64,000 nucleotides of DNA from Prorocentrum cordatum. Its lineage: Eukaryota. The notes beneath the pieces are model-generated. The model saw only the letters and a list, made by a program, of their open reading frames with translations. It had not been told where the DNA came from and did not search any database. The position numbers and the translations under genes were made by a program. The DNA lies in contig CAUYUJ010000001.1 in assembly GCA_963575745.1 (NCBI GenBank), positions 558,001 to 622,000 on the forward strand, written 5' to 3'. Positions 9,501 through 18,400 of the stretch are shown one piece after another; position 1 is the stretch's first letter, and each line of letters starts with the position of its first letter.

Positions 9501-11063
9501 CCGCCCATCCCACTCAAGTGGGTCGACACGAACAAGGGTGACGCGGAGAGGCCCAACTACAGGAGCAGGCTCGTAGTGAAGGAGATCAAGGCGAAGAAGC
9601 GCCCTGACGAGCAGCTGGAGGCGTCCGAGGTCTTCTCGGCCATGCCTCCTCTGGAGGCCATGCGGTCGCTGGTCTCGCTGATGGTCACGTGGACGCGGGA
9701 AGCACCGCTCCACATTCAGGAGTCGCTTCGCAAGAAGGGCAGGAAGCCGGGCAACTTCAAGATCGGCTTCTTCGACATCAGCAGGGCGCACTTCTATGGG
9801 AAGGCGCAGCGGCGGATCTTCGTGGAACTGGAGGAGGAGAGTCGCAAGGAGTACGGCGAGGACAAGTGTGGCTTACTCCTCAAGTCCTGGTACGGCACGC
9901 AGGACGCCAGCAAGATCTGGCAGGGCGACTACACGGAGCTGTTGGAGGAAAACGGATACAAGGCGGGCATGTCGTGCCCAGCGGTCTTCTACAAGAAGGT
10001 GGACGAGACGAGACTGCTGGGGCACGGCGACGACTTCGCGGTGCTGGCTCAGCAGCAGGACATCGACAGCTTCGAGGCCACGCTGGGAAAGAAGTACGAG
10101 TTCAAGAAGACTGCGAACCTCGGCTTCGACGAGGGCGATGACAAGCAGGCGGTCTTCCTGAATCGGGTCATCGAGGTCAGTGCGGGAGTTCCGCCTGGCG
10201 GTGGCCGGCCCTGCCGGCATGCGATGATCGAGCCGGACAAGCGGCACGCGGAGATCGTGATCGACGAGTTGGGTCTCAGCAAGGCCAACGGCGTGGACAC
10301 GCCGACGGAGAAGCGTAGCGCCGACAAGCAGATGATGGATGCGAAGTCGGCGGCGTTGGGAGCAGCGGAAGCTTCGCGCTTCCGATCCCTCACCATGAGG
10401 GTGGCCTATCTGTCTCAGGACAGGCTGGACTTGGCAGAGGCATCAAAGACGCTCGCTAGGTCCATGCAGACGCCGACGGAGGCGAGTTGGCTCATGCTCA
10501 AGAGGGTTGGCCGCTACCTCAAGCGGCATCCTAGCACGGTGACGGTTTTCACGGAGCAGAAGATGTTCGACAAGATCCGGGTGTACGTGGACTCCGATCA
10601 TGCGGGCTGCGCGGTCACCCGGAAGAGCACCGGAGGCTTCGTGGCGATGCTGGGGCATCATGTCATCAAGCATGGCAGTAATCTGCAGTCGACGGTCTCT
10701 TTGAGCAGCGGGGAGAGCGAGTACTACGCCCTGGTGAAGGGCGGGAGCGTGGGCCTGGGCCTTCACAGCCTCTTCGCGGACTGGGGGCTGGACCTGAAGG
10801 TGGAGCTCGCCTCAGATTCATCGGCGGCCCGGGGCCACGTCCAACGGCGAGGTCTCGGGAAGATGCGGCATGTTCAATTTCGATACTTGTGGATCCAGGA
10901 GCGTGTGGGTAAGGGCGATCTCTCGATCGCCGCGGTTCCTGGTAAGAACAACGTCGCGGACGTGCTGACCAAGAGCGTGGGTGGATCCCTTTTGAGGAGA
11001 CACATGGCGACGCTCAACATCTGGGATCGGACACCGAGTTCGACTCAGAAGGACTTCAAGTGA
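6216..11063 (+). CDS. pol: Pol of copia-1: integrase, DNMT-like domain, RT, RNase H (-1 frame relative to gag; true start probably by frameshift near 6500)
   Basis: Integrase HEAMGH..WCRVC plus DDE (SDYAF, SDGEP, NGEIE); GSPPC/HEHP/RKET/YPP domain; RT KWVD, RSRLVVKE, DISRAHF, YGTQDA, HGDDF; RNase H DSDHAGC, SSGESEYY, SDSSAA, NVADVLTK. Confidence 0.95.
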   Translation: MFIPGPQWRLDIPREEPNRQARGRHAREGGEGGEAPDAAGLSRAGRLQLLPQEGPTWLGCSSRGGTFGEVEVRAGGAPQRQVEGGAAGDPREDSPQEAALGVSPLEDSIPRPPAALAAGAAAAGSGPSDVRPPGFQPAAAAAADALPAAPDGQQADEGEEEARPRVLKAPHEPSQREIAEHEAMGHATYRSWCRVCIAAKGQGQPHLRAPEDDETAVPVVSSDYAFMGQEDADTMPMLVLRDRRSKMMAATFVEKKGDDAYAIKFFARFLRILGYRKIVNKSDGEPAILLVKRRAVEEVPGLEAIPQESAPADHQANGEIEVTVREIKKQVRALKMDLESKLGVKVEDKHPVLAHLPEHAASVINRYRRGQDGKTALQRLTGRQWRKPVPLFGERLMVRFAGERARKNALEEQMVEARYIGHHPRDGSMMVITSDGAKKAVGFRSLPQSEKWITAGWDGLKGLPWDVAPRAASAPRAIVGPGEVGPPPIVVAPPQPQAPRRMYVLKADIERLGATPGCPGCVSIAKHGKVLAGHAHNAVCSKRIFEALDAEEAGRERTGQYRERRQGQEARVRPAAAAAAGTPPPKTARRITEPVAAAAAASAAPAATRSAAAPAAAAAAARMRESQPVASGSGVAAPSGRASSSSGAVRAAEAAEDVDMTATRSRLKRLAEVAPDDVPEALERGDPQPADVPVPVDMEDLAAQPAPAEGPQLPAGVAVVWNASEGGHMRVLALDVASIELVELGVLTRAKAELLPLVREQVSGHWASVGVDIADEEVDSIALSALQLGAVDVAEVYSPHRFSARAAEFQLRPGFAADLEELKEDGTPWDLRRPEDVKELEKQQERMDPILLTGSPPCERFSLLRGLSARFRTDEQEAAEMEEARHHLKVAVDAYWRQLRKPGRYFLHEHPWSARSWNEDIVKELVAHPGVFAVKGPMCRWGMKLANPRSGQEEFVRKETGWVTNHPGLARRLQGTCSNVDGRAEWHRHITLVGGIARFAKVYPPKLVEAVLEELKDTLNDVGELSTAQVQQSGPVPVDAAVPPGDWTSYWDDVNGGYLEAGLVAQARAVEREWVKKQELIEIVPRSQAFAETGRPPIPLKWVDTNKGDAERPNYRSRLVVKEIKAKKRPDEQLEASEVFSAMPPLEAMRSLVSLMVTWTREAPLHIQESLRKKGRKPGNFKIGFFDISRAHFYGKAQRRIFVELEEESRKEYGEDKCGLLLKSWYGTQDASKIWQGDYTELLEENGYKAGMSCPAVFYKKVDETRLLGHGDDFAVLAQQQDIDSFEATLGKKYEFKKTANLGFDEGDDKQAVFLNRVIEVSAGVPPGGGRPCRHAMIEPDKRHAEIVIDELGLSKANGVDTPTEKRSADKQMMDAKSAALGAAEASRFRSLTMRVAYLSQDRLDLAEASKTLARSMQTPTEASWLMLKRVGRYLKRHPSTVTVFTEQKMFDKIRVYVDSDHAGCAVTRKSTGGFVAMLGHHVIKHGSNLQSTVSLSSGESEYYALVKGGSVGLGLHSLFADWGLDLKVELASDSSAARGHVQRRGLGKMRHVQFRYLWIQERVGKGDLSIAAVPGKNNVADVLTKSVGGSLLRRHMATLNIWDRTPSSTQKDFK

Positions 11064-11253
11064 TGGAGTGGATCGAATCCATGCTCCGCTACCTGTGGGG
11101 CTGGATGAGGTTCCGCCGGCTGCGGTATGATCGCGCCGGACGGAGTGAGGGGCTCGCGGCATGGCCGCAGCCTAGCTGATGAGATGGGCGCGTCGGCTTG
11201 GGCGCGCCCGCGTACGACGTAGGTCGTGCCTGGCCGGGTTGGCGGCCAGGCTC

Positions 11254-11262
11254 GAGGAGGAG
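11254..11262 (+). promoter_or_regulatory. Polypurine tract of copia-1
   Basis: GAGGAGGAG abuts the TG of the 3' LTR. Confidence 0.85.
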
Positions 11263-11345
11263 TGATTCTGACACCCTCCTCCGTGCACCCATTTTGGCTC
11301 AAGATGGAAAAGAGATATCTTGTCCATCGACATACTATCTCATCA
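11263..11345 (+). repeat. 3' LTR of copia-1 (83 bp)
   Basis: Base-for-base identical to 4052-4134. Confidence 0.97.
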
Positions 11346-11924
11346 TCTCTCTCTCTCTCTCCCCCCTCTCTCTCTCGGGGGGGGGGGGAAGGGCGGTCCC
11401 CGGCACTCAGGGGGCAACCAGGCCCGGGCAGGGCAGCTGGCGGCGGCTCCCTGGTGCCCAACCACACCGGCGGCCCGCGCGGGACAGGAATGCCAGAGAA
11501 TTAATTATCAATTAATACAGCACTCGGAAGAGCAAGGGGAGGGGGAAGCGGGAGGAGCGACCCCCCGGAGGGGGGGGAGGAAGGGGCACGGGACGGGGGG
11601 CGGACGGCAAGCGGTGGTCGAGGTGGTGGTCGTGGTAGCCGTCGTGGGCGTGGGGGCGGTGGTCGTAGTTGTGATCGTGGTGGTCATGGAGGTCGTGGTG
11701 GTCGAGGTGGCAGCGGTCGTTGTCGTCGTGGTCGCTCGCGGTGGTCGCAGAGGTCGTGGCGGTCGGCGAGCGTAGTGGTGGTGGGCGGGATTGCAGTAGT
11801 GGTCGTGGGGCGGCGGTCGTGGTGGTGGCCGTGGTTGTCGTAGTGGGCATGGGCGGGCGTGCTAGTAGTCGTCGTGGAAGTGGCGGTGGTCGCGTCGGAG
11901 CTTGTGGTCGTGGCGGTGGGTTGC

Positions 11925-14010
11925 TTAAATCGCGCTCAGCAGCATTTCAGCGTTGCCGAACGCGAGGCACCGCTGAATCTTCCTCCACTTGGTAGAGATT
12001 ACAGCGGACCTGTCGGCATCAGGCAAGTCCCGACCGTAGGAGCGCACGAAGGCGACCAGCTCGTCCGCTGGCCGGCCCCCGGTCTCCAAGACGGCCGGGA
12101 TGAGTTCCCCTCCGGCCGGGGGGTAGCGCGCCCGCTTTTTGTCGACTGCCTGAGCCGCCGCCACCCCGTCCGTGCGAGCTCTGGCCTGCCTGCGAGCGTT
12201 GTTGTCGCTGTGTTCGCAGGTGACAGACCAGTCCACAAAGATCGGGGCGTTGGTAGCGGGGTCGCGCGTGGCCACGTCGAGGATAGCCTCCTCCCAGGCC
12301 CCGGTGTCGGGGTGCTGGCGGTCCCAAGCAGGGACTCGCTGCTCTGTCGTGGCCCTGTGGCCCGTCTGAGCGTAGTGCCAGGGCCCGCTCCAGTCTCGTA
12401 GGGAGTTGTGTCTGTAGTCCCTGCTGTCCCCACACCCGCACTTCCGGGCGTGCCAGCCTTTGGCGTCCAGCAGCACCCCGCAAAGCGAGCCGTCTTGTTT
12501 GCGGCGCTGGCAGCGAGAGCCCGGGGCGCACACGTCGCAGCTCAGACGCATGCGCAGGTTGCCCAGGAAGTGGTTGTCTGGGAGGGGCGCGTCGCCCTCC
12601 TCGCGCGGCAGGAGCCAGGCCCCCGCTCCTGGGCCCCCGCCGCCGCGCAGAGCGAGTTGGCCGTCCTCGTCCAGCGTCCGGAGTAGCCGCGCTGTCTTGG
12701 CGGCGGGCTGCTGCGGCGCCGGGCTGCGCCGGGGCGCCGCTCGCTGACTGAGCTGGAGGAGCTGGACGACTAGCCGAGCGGGGTCCGGGCTTGCCCGCAC
12801 CCCGCTCGGGAGGTGTCGTCGCGACGCTCCTGGAGCTCAGAGCGGGCGCAAGCGCGGGCGGGAGGGAGTGAGGAGAGAAAGGAGGTTTTCTTCCCTCAGT
12901 ACCCTTGTTGCTTGGCCTTGGGTTCGGCCAAGAGAGCTGCCCAGTCCAAGGGTTCGGCCTTCGCCTCCTGCCGGTCGAGCTCTGCTTCGGCGCGGCGCCA
13001 AGCGTCTGCTGTCTGAGGGCAGCGTGCCCGGACGGCCTCCGCCGAGGTGGCTCCGAGGCAGCCTGCCACGCCCCGAAAGCAGAAGGCCCAAGTTCCGAGG
13101 TAGGCGCGGGCGGCGGTCTCCCGGGCCGAGGGGAAGCCGTTGCCGCCGTCTTTGAGGCGGAGGGTGAGCCACTCTTTCTGCTCATTGCTCAAGGGCCCAG
13201 TTATTTCAGCGTAGGCCCCGAAGAGCAAGTCGTCGAGCTCCCCCACCCAGGCGGTCTCGTAGTTCGCGCGCAGCAGGTGGGTGCAGCAGCCCTGGGCGTA
13301 GGTGCGGAGCAGCGTGTGTGCCCCTTCCGCCGAGAGCCCGTTCTGGCGCAGCGTTCTCCAGTGGGCCAAGAAGTGCCGCATTTTGTCCAGGACCTCTCGA
13401 CCATCAGAACTGGCCAGGAGGGGCAACCTGGCGTCGTCGTCGTCCTCGTCGCGGTCGTACCACGTGACCGGGTTCCCCAGGACGGTCAAGGTGGCGGCCC
13501 GGAGCGGCGCGAGCTGGGGAGGGATCGCAGTGGCCGGGCTGGCGGTCCATACCTTGGTCTTGTCCGCGTTGAGCTCCAGGCCGGCCCGGGCCATCTCTTC
13601 CCGCACGACGTCGTGTGCCTGGGCGGCGGCCTCCGCTGGCACGACCACGAGCACGTCGTCGAGGTAGGAAAAAAGGCGGGAGGCGGGGCTCAGCAGTTGC
13701 AGGCGCTCGTGGGCGCGGGCGAGGGCGTCGGCGATCCCAATGGCGAAGAACGCGGGGCTGAGCGGGCAGCCCTGGTCGACGCCTGTCTCGGCCGACGCGG
13801 GCATCGGGGTGCCGAGGTCGTCCCAGAAGACGTGCGTCGTAGGCCTCGTCAGCCAAGCGTTGGCGATCAGCAGGAGGCTCGGCGCCCGGCGGCCCACTGC
13901 GTCAAGCACCGTTTTCTGGGGCAGGGCGTTGAAGGCATTAGTAGCATCAAAAGCCAGGACGGCGGCCCCCGGCATCGCTTCGGCCAGAGCGGTGACGCAT
14001 TCGTGGACAC
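11925..14010 (-). pseudogene. 5'-truncated CRE/SLACS-like non-LTR retrotransposon ORF (RT, Zn knuckle, restriction-like endonuclease), interrupted near 12710-12900
   Basis: RT motifs FDATNAFN, GVDQGCPLSPAFF, SYLDD, GLELNADKT, LKDGGNG; then GAGAWL, C..LD..GWHARKC, RHN, LDV..VDWSVT, K..RY, PAVLETGG, as in RLE-type elements. Confidence 0.88.
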
Positions 14011-14019
14011 GCTCGCATC

Positions 14020-14066
14020 TGTCTTTCTCCCTACCTCTCTCTCTCTCTGTTTCTCTACCTTTCTTA

Positions 14067-14134
<68 letters not shown>

Positions 14135-14292
14135 TCTCTTTCTCTACCTCTCTTACCTGTCTTTTTTTCTTTCTATCTCTGCCTCGAATCAACCGCCCCC
14201 ATCTTCGCTCCTTCTCTCCTGGCGTTTTCCCTCTTCCTTCGTCCCTCCCCCTCCCTTCCTCCCACTCTCCCTCTTTCTCCCCCTTCTCTTTT
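14020..14292. repeat. (CT)n and pyrimidine-rich microsatellite
   Basis: Direct inspection. Confidence 0.95.
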
Positions 14293-14399
14293 TGCAGGGC
14301 CCGCACCAATTCCAATGGCGGGCGCATGTACGCCCACGAAGGATTGTCCGCCCGTGCAGTTTTGCACGCCTGTCTAAGCCCGCCGCCCCCCGCAAGGAG

Positions 14400-14558
14400 A
14401 AGTAATCTCCCCAACGGGGGCGTGATCGAACACAAAAAGGGCGGGTATCGAGGGTGTGGGGAACACGTTTGGAATGACACACTGGCAGGTAAGAGCGAGC
14501 AGTCTTACATTGATTGTTGTTGGTGTTGTTGCTGTTGCTGTTGTTGTTGATGATGATG
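14400..14558 (+). mobile_element. Short SINE-like module ending in a hairpin and (TGT)n tail (family also at 14705-14801/32779-32815, 38560-38700, 43920-44290)
   Basis: Shared GGGCGGGTAYCGAGGGT...AAGAGCGARCAGTCTTA..TGATTG(TTG)n across the copies. Confidence 0.6.
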
Positions 14559-14801
14559 AACCCTCGCTACAGAAGAAGAGTTATGGTTGATCCCCGCTTT
14601 TTGGCGCACATTGTATTTTTCAATTGAAATTCCCCTCCCGGCGCTCGCACCTCTTTTTTCTGATCAGGGGAAGTCCTGGGGCTCAAAGTGTGTTGTTCCC
14701 CCGGGTTGCAACAACAACAAACAATCATGTTAAGAGTGCTCGCTCTTATCTGCTCGCGCGTCAGTCACTATGCATATCCCAAACCCTGGATACCCGCCCT
14801 C

Positions 14802-14997
14802 TGTGTATGGAACCCGTGTAATACCCTCATATATACTCCTTATCCTTACCTCTCCCGCACCTGGCCGTTTGGGCTCAGGTACTGAGTTGGAGCGATCGTA
14901 CCTTGATCGCTTGGGAGGGAAAGATATCCATCTATCCCTCCATCTCTCTACCAACGGATCAGGGGTTCTGTACTCTTGTACTTCAACCCCATACACA
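14802..14997 (+). repeat. 5' LTR of giant copia (196 bp)
   Basis: TGTGTATGG...CCATACACA forms a perfect 9-bp terminal inverted repeat; matches 32583-32778. Confidence 0.97.
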
Positions 14998-15010
14998 GGT
15001 TATCAGCCCT
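14998..15010 (+). promoter_or_regulatory. Primer-binding site of half-tRNA (anticodon-arm) type
   Basis: GGTTATCAGCCCT follows the LTR and has no TGG. It is one mismatch from GGTTATGAGCCC, the complement of the iMet anticodon stem-loop used by Ty5 and Drosophila copia. Confidence 0.75.
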
Positions 15011-15453
15011 TTAACGCTCACCTTCACCGACTCGCCCGCGGTGACCTTGCATGCGAGCCCAATGGAGCCGCTTCGGCGCATGCGCCGTAAGGGTTCCATT
15101 GGGGCTTCGCGTCCAAGCTCTCCCACGGTGCGACGGCTCGGTGACGAGTTGGAGAGCATTAGTGCGGACTGTGTTGGTGTCCCCGATACCCCCCCCCCAG
15201 CTCCCGAGGACCCGAGGCGCGTCTAGCTGCTGAACTTCGCCGCAGCGCCGCCCGCGGGGGGACAGGAGAAGGAGTAGGAACAGGAAGGAAGGAGTTTCAC
15301 ACGCCGACCTTTGATCCTCCCTCCCCTTCCCCGTCGGGAGCAATCCCAACCGCGTCAGGCGAAAGCCTTACCGGTCTCGATACTCCAGGGCGCTTCCGCG
15401 CTAACCGCCGATGGACCTCAGGTGCTGGAACCCCCAGCCCTGCGACCGTCCCT

Positions 15454-18400
15454 GTGGCGGAGCACGTAGCTACCTTCGAGGAACTCAGTAGACCAGTGTC
15501 GGCACAGCCACAGACGCGGTACCCCAAGGTATCATCGGATGAGACATCACACACACATGGTCCGAGTCGCAGCTCGTCCGCGCGCAACCGCCGTGGAGCC
15601 CCAGGCCCATGCGGCGAGCGCAGGTCGAGCCCGCGTGCTGCCTCTCAGAGGCCATGCACTCCCCGCGACAGGGGACACAGGGAAGCTGACGCTCCCCACC
15701 TCTCCATCTCAGACGACCAGCCGGCGGAGACGTCCGCCGCAGGTGACATAGCTGAGCTCAGAGACCAGGTTGAAACCTTCGTGTCCAGCCAATACTCTGG
15801 ACTACTACAGAGCGTTCAGACGAACGCCACTGATACTGCAGCCATACGTCGCGATCTTGACGGCGCCTTAGGGATCATCGATTCCAGGATCGCCGAAGAT
15901 AGACGCATCATAGGAGAACTGCAGTACCAGGTTGATCGTGAGGTGTCACACTCAGGTGAACGAACGGCGATGGTCGAGAACCTGCGCAACTCTCTCGCGC
16001 AGATGGAGCAACAACTTGTGATCGTACGCGACACAGGCATTTCTGCGGTCAGGGTTTTACACGATGAGATCCACGACCAGCTCCGTAACCGACCAACCCC
16101 AACCGAGGCCACAGACCTCGGCGACGTTCAGTCTCAGATCAATGATCTTCGATCTTACCTAGACCACACTACGGCGACGCTTCGTGCCGAAGCACACACA
16201 AACTCGTCGAACCTGATCGACATGTTGCAGCGTACTGAGAGAGTCATCACTCAAAGGCTTGATGCGACCAACGCTGTCGTGCAGCCACTCGCTAACCGGA
16301 TCTCTGACATAGAGCAGCGTTTCCCTGGTGTACAGGACGCCCTGGCAGAGTTGCGTGTCGGACGAGCCCAGACTGATCAGCTGGATTCTCCTCCCACGGT
16401 TTACGATTTCGCCCGCCTCACTGACAGGTTGCAGGAGGTTGAGAAGGCGGCGGACCACACGCAGTTAGAGCTCTCCCAGGTTATTCATGAAAGAGATACT
16501 GAGAAGGTACGTGTTGAGAGTTATCTCGCACGACTGGAAAGCGAGGTGGAGGCACAAAGCGCCCGTCTCCGAGCATGCGAGCAACGACTTGATCGGTATT
16601 CCCAACGGTCTCGGGATACTGATGAGTATACACGCCAAAAGGTGGGTCAAATACAAGAAGACATGACGAGCTGGACGAATCAGCTGATCGACCACACTAA
16701 CGACACCAACATTCACCTTCGACCTGCAGCCGACCCGCACAGGCCGACGGCAGTGTCCGCCGAAGCACCACAAGCTTCAGCAGGACAACAACGACGTACA
16801 TCTCCAGGAGCAGCCTCCGCGGCAGCTTCTGCACAGACACGCCATGTGTCTCCTGTGCGCACAGAACCAACCATCGACGGTGCACCGATACCCTCACAAC
16901 CAGTGTCTGCGGTGTCGGTACATACAACGACGCCTATCAAGGAGTCAGACACCGTTCGAGTACCTGTCTTGCCTAAGATCACGCAGCTGCTGGAGTGGCA
17001 GCAAAGAGTGCGAAAGAACTTCGGGGCCGCCTCAGGGCGACCATCCAAAGCATACGCCTTCCTATGCGTGGCAGAACAGCCCGAATGTACATTCGAGGAT
17101 TTACAAGACAGTGGAGACTTTGAGAGCATCGATTGCAAACTCGCAACCGCTCTGAGCGACATCTTATCCTCAGACTTACGCTACCAAATCAGGCTCATCG
17201 AGACCAGAGAGCACAAAGCAGGACGCATGCTCAAAGGACGCCAGATATACTGGCATATCCTACAGTCCTACAAAGTGACAGACGTCGACGACGACCTGCA
17301 CGATTTCGAGCGCCTTAAAGAACTGAGGATGAGAGACGAAGATTTGCAACGTTTCATTACCGATTGGGACGCCTTACTCTTGGAATGCCGAGAAGTACCC
17401 GATCCAAAGATATTGGAATCGCTATTCCGCACACAGATTCGTAGACATGCATGGATGAAACAAGACATGTACGAGTACCAGCGCATGAAGATGAGCGACC
17501 CGAATCGTACCTACGGTTGGCTTCGACAGCGTGTCCTGGACATACTGGAGATTAAACAATTGGAGAAGAATCAAAACAAGCTACGGTACGAACACGAGAC
17601 ACGATCTCAGGTCAACGTGTGCGTTGCATGGAAGAAAGGCAATTGTCGCAATGGTGAACGGTGCAAGGCTTTACATACATATTCCAGGGATTGGAAGAAC
17701 AACAAATCTTCCAGAACATCAACGGCTGGTGGCAACCCCCGCCGTAGTATGTCCACTCCTGCGAATCACAAGAAGCCAGCATCAAGGCCATTCTGCTTCG
17801 ATTTTGCCAAGCGCAACACATGTACCAGAGGTGATAAGTGTAACTACCCGCACGTCGCACAGTGCAAGGATTTCGCACAGAACAAGTGCACAAAAGGCGA
17901 CAAATGCAAATACGCTCATCTCGCACCTGGTGCAAAGACTCCTGAACGAAGCCCGAGTCGACCACGGACTTCCAGCCAGGACAGCCGTGGCCGATCACCA
18001 TCCCGCGGATCAGGAAGCCAACGGTCTTCACAACGCGGGGGGTTTCGCTACGCAAGCGATTCACGACAGGGACGTGACAACCGACGCCAATACGACCGAT
18101 CCCGTTCGACATCCAGGAGGTCCCAAGACTCTCGCAGCCAATCGAGAAGTCGTTACGACAGATCTTCGAGATCTACCTCCCGAGGACGAGACAATCGTGG
18201 CGGCGGACGTGGCAGTCCACGCGGCCGTGATCGATCATATGGCAGTGACAAAGGACGTGGCAAGCGGTATCCGAGCCGCGGATCGTCCCGTGGTTCACCC
18301 AACACTAGAGCACGTTCTCCTGCCAACTTTAGACATTCACGCCGTTCAGACCGCAGCTACGTCATCCGCGACAAGACCCTCATGGCCAACACCAAGGCCA

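Larger units (their letters stand above)
4052..11345 (+). mobile_element. Intact Ty1/copia LTR retrotransposon (7294 bp) carrying a DNMT-like domain
   Basis: Identical 83-bp TG...CA LTRs; 5-bp TSD TCTCT (4047-4051 and 11346-11350); PBS and PPT present; gag-PR and INT-RT-RH ORFs in copia order with no stops. Confidence 0.97.

Noticed and set aside
12905..14377. 490-aa plus-strand ORF
   Set aside because: Antisense shadow of the CRE RT running into a (CT)n tract.
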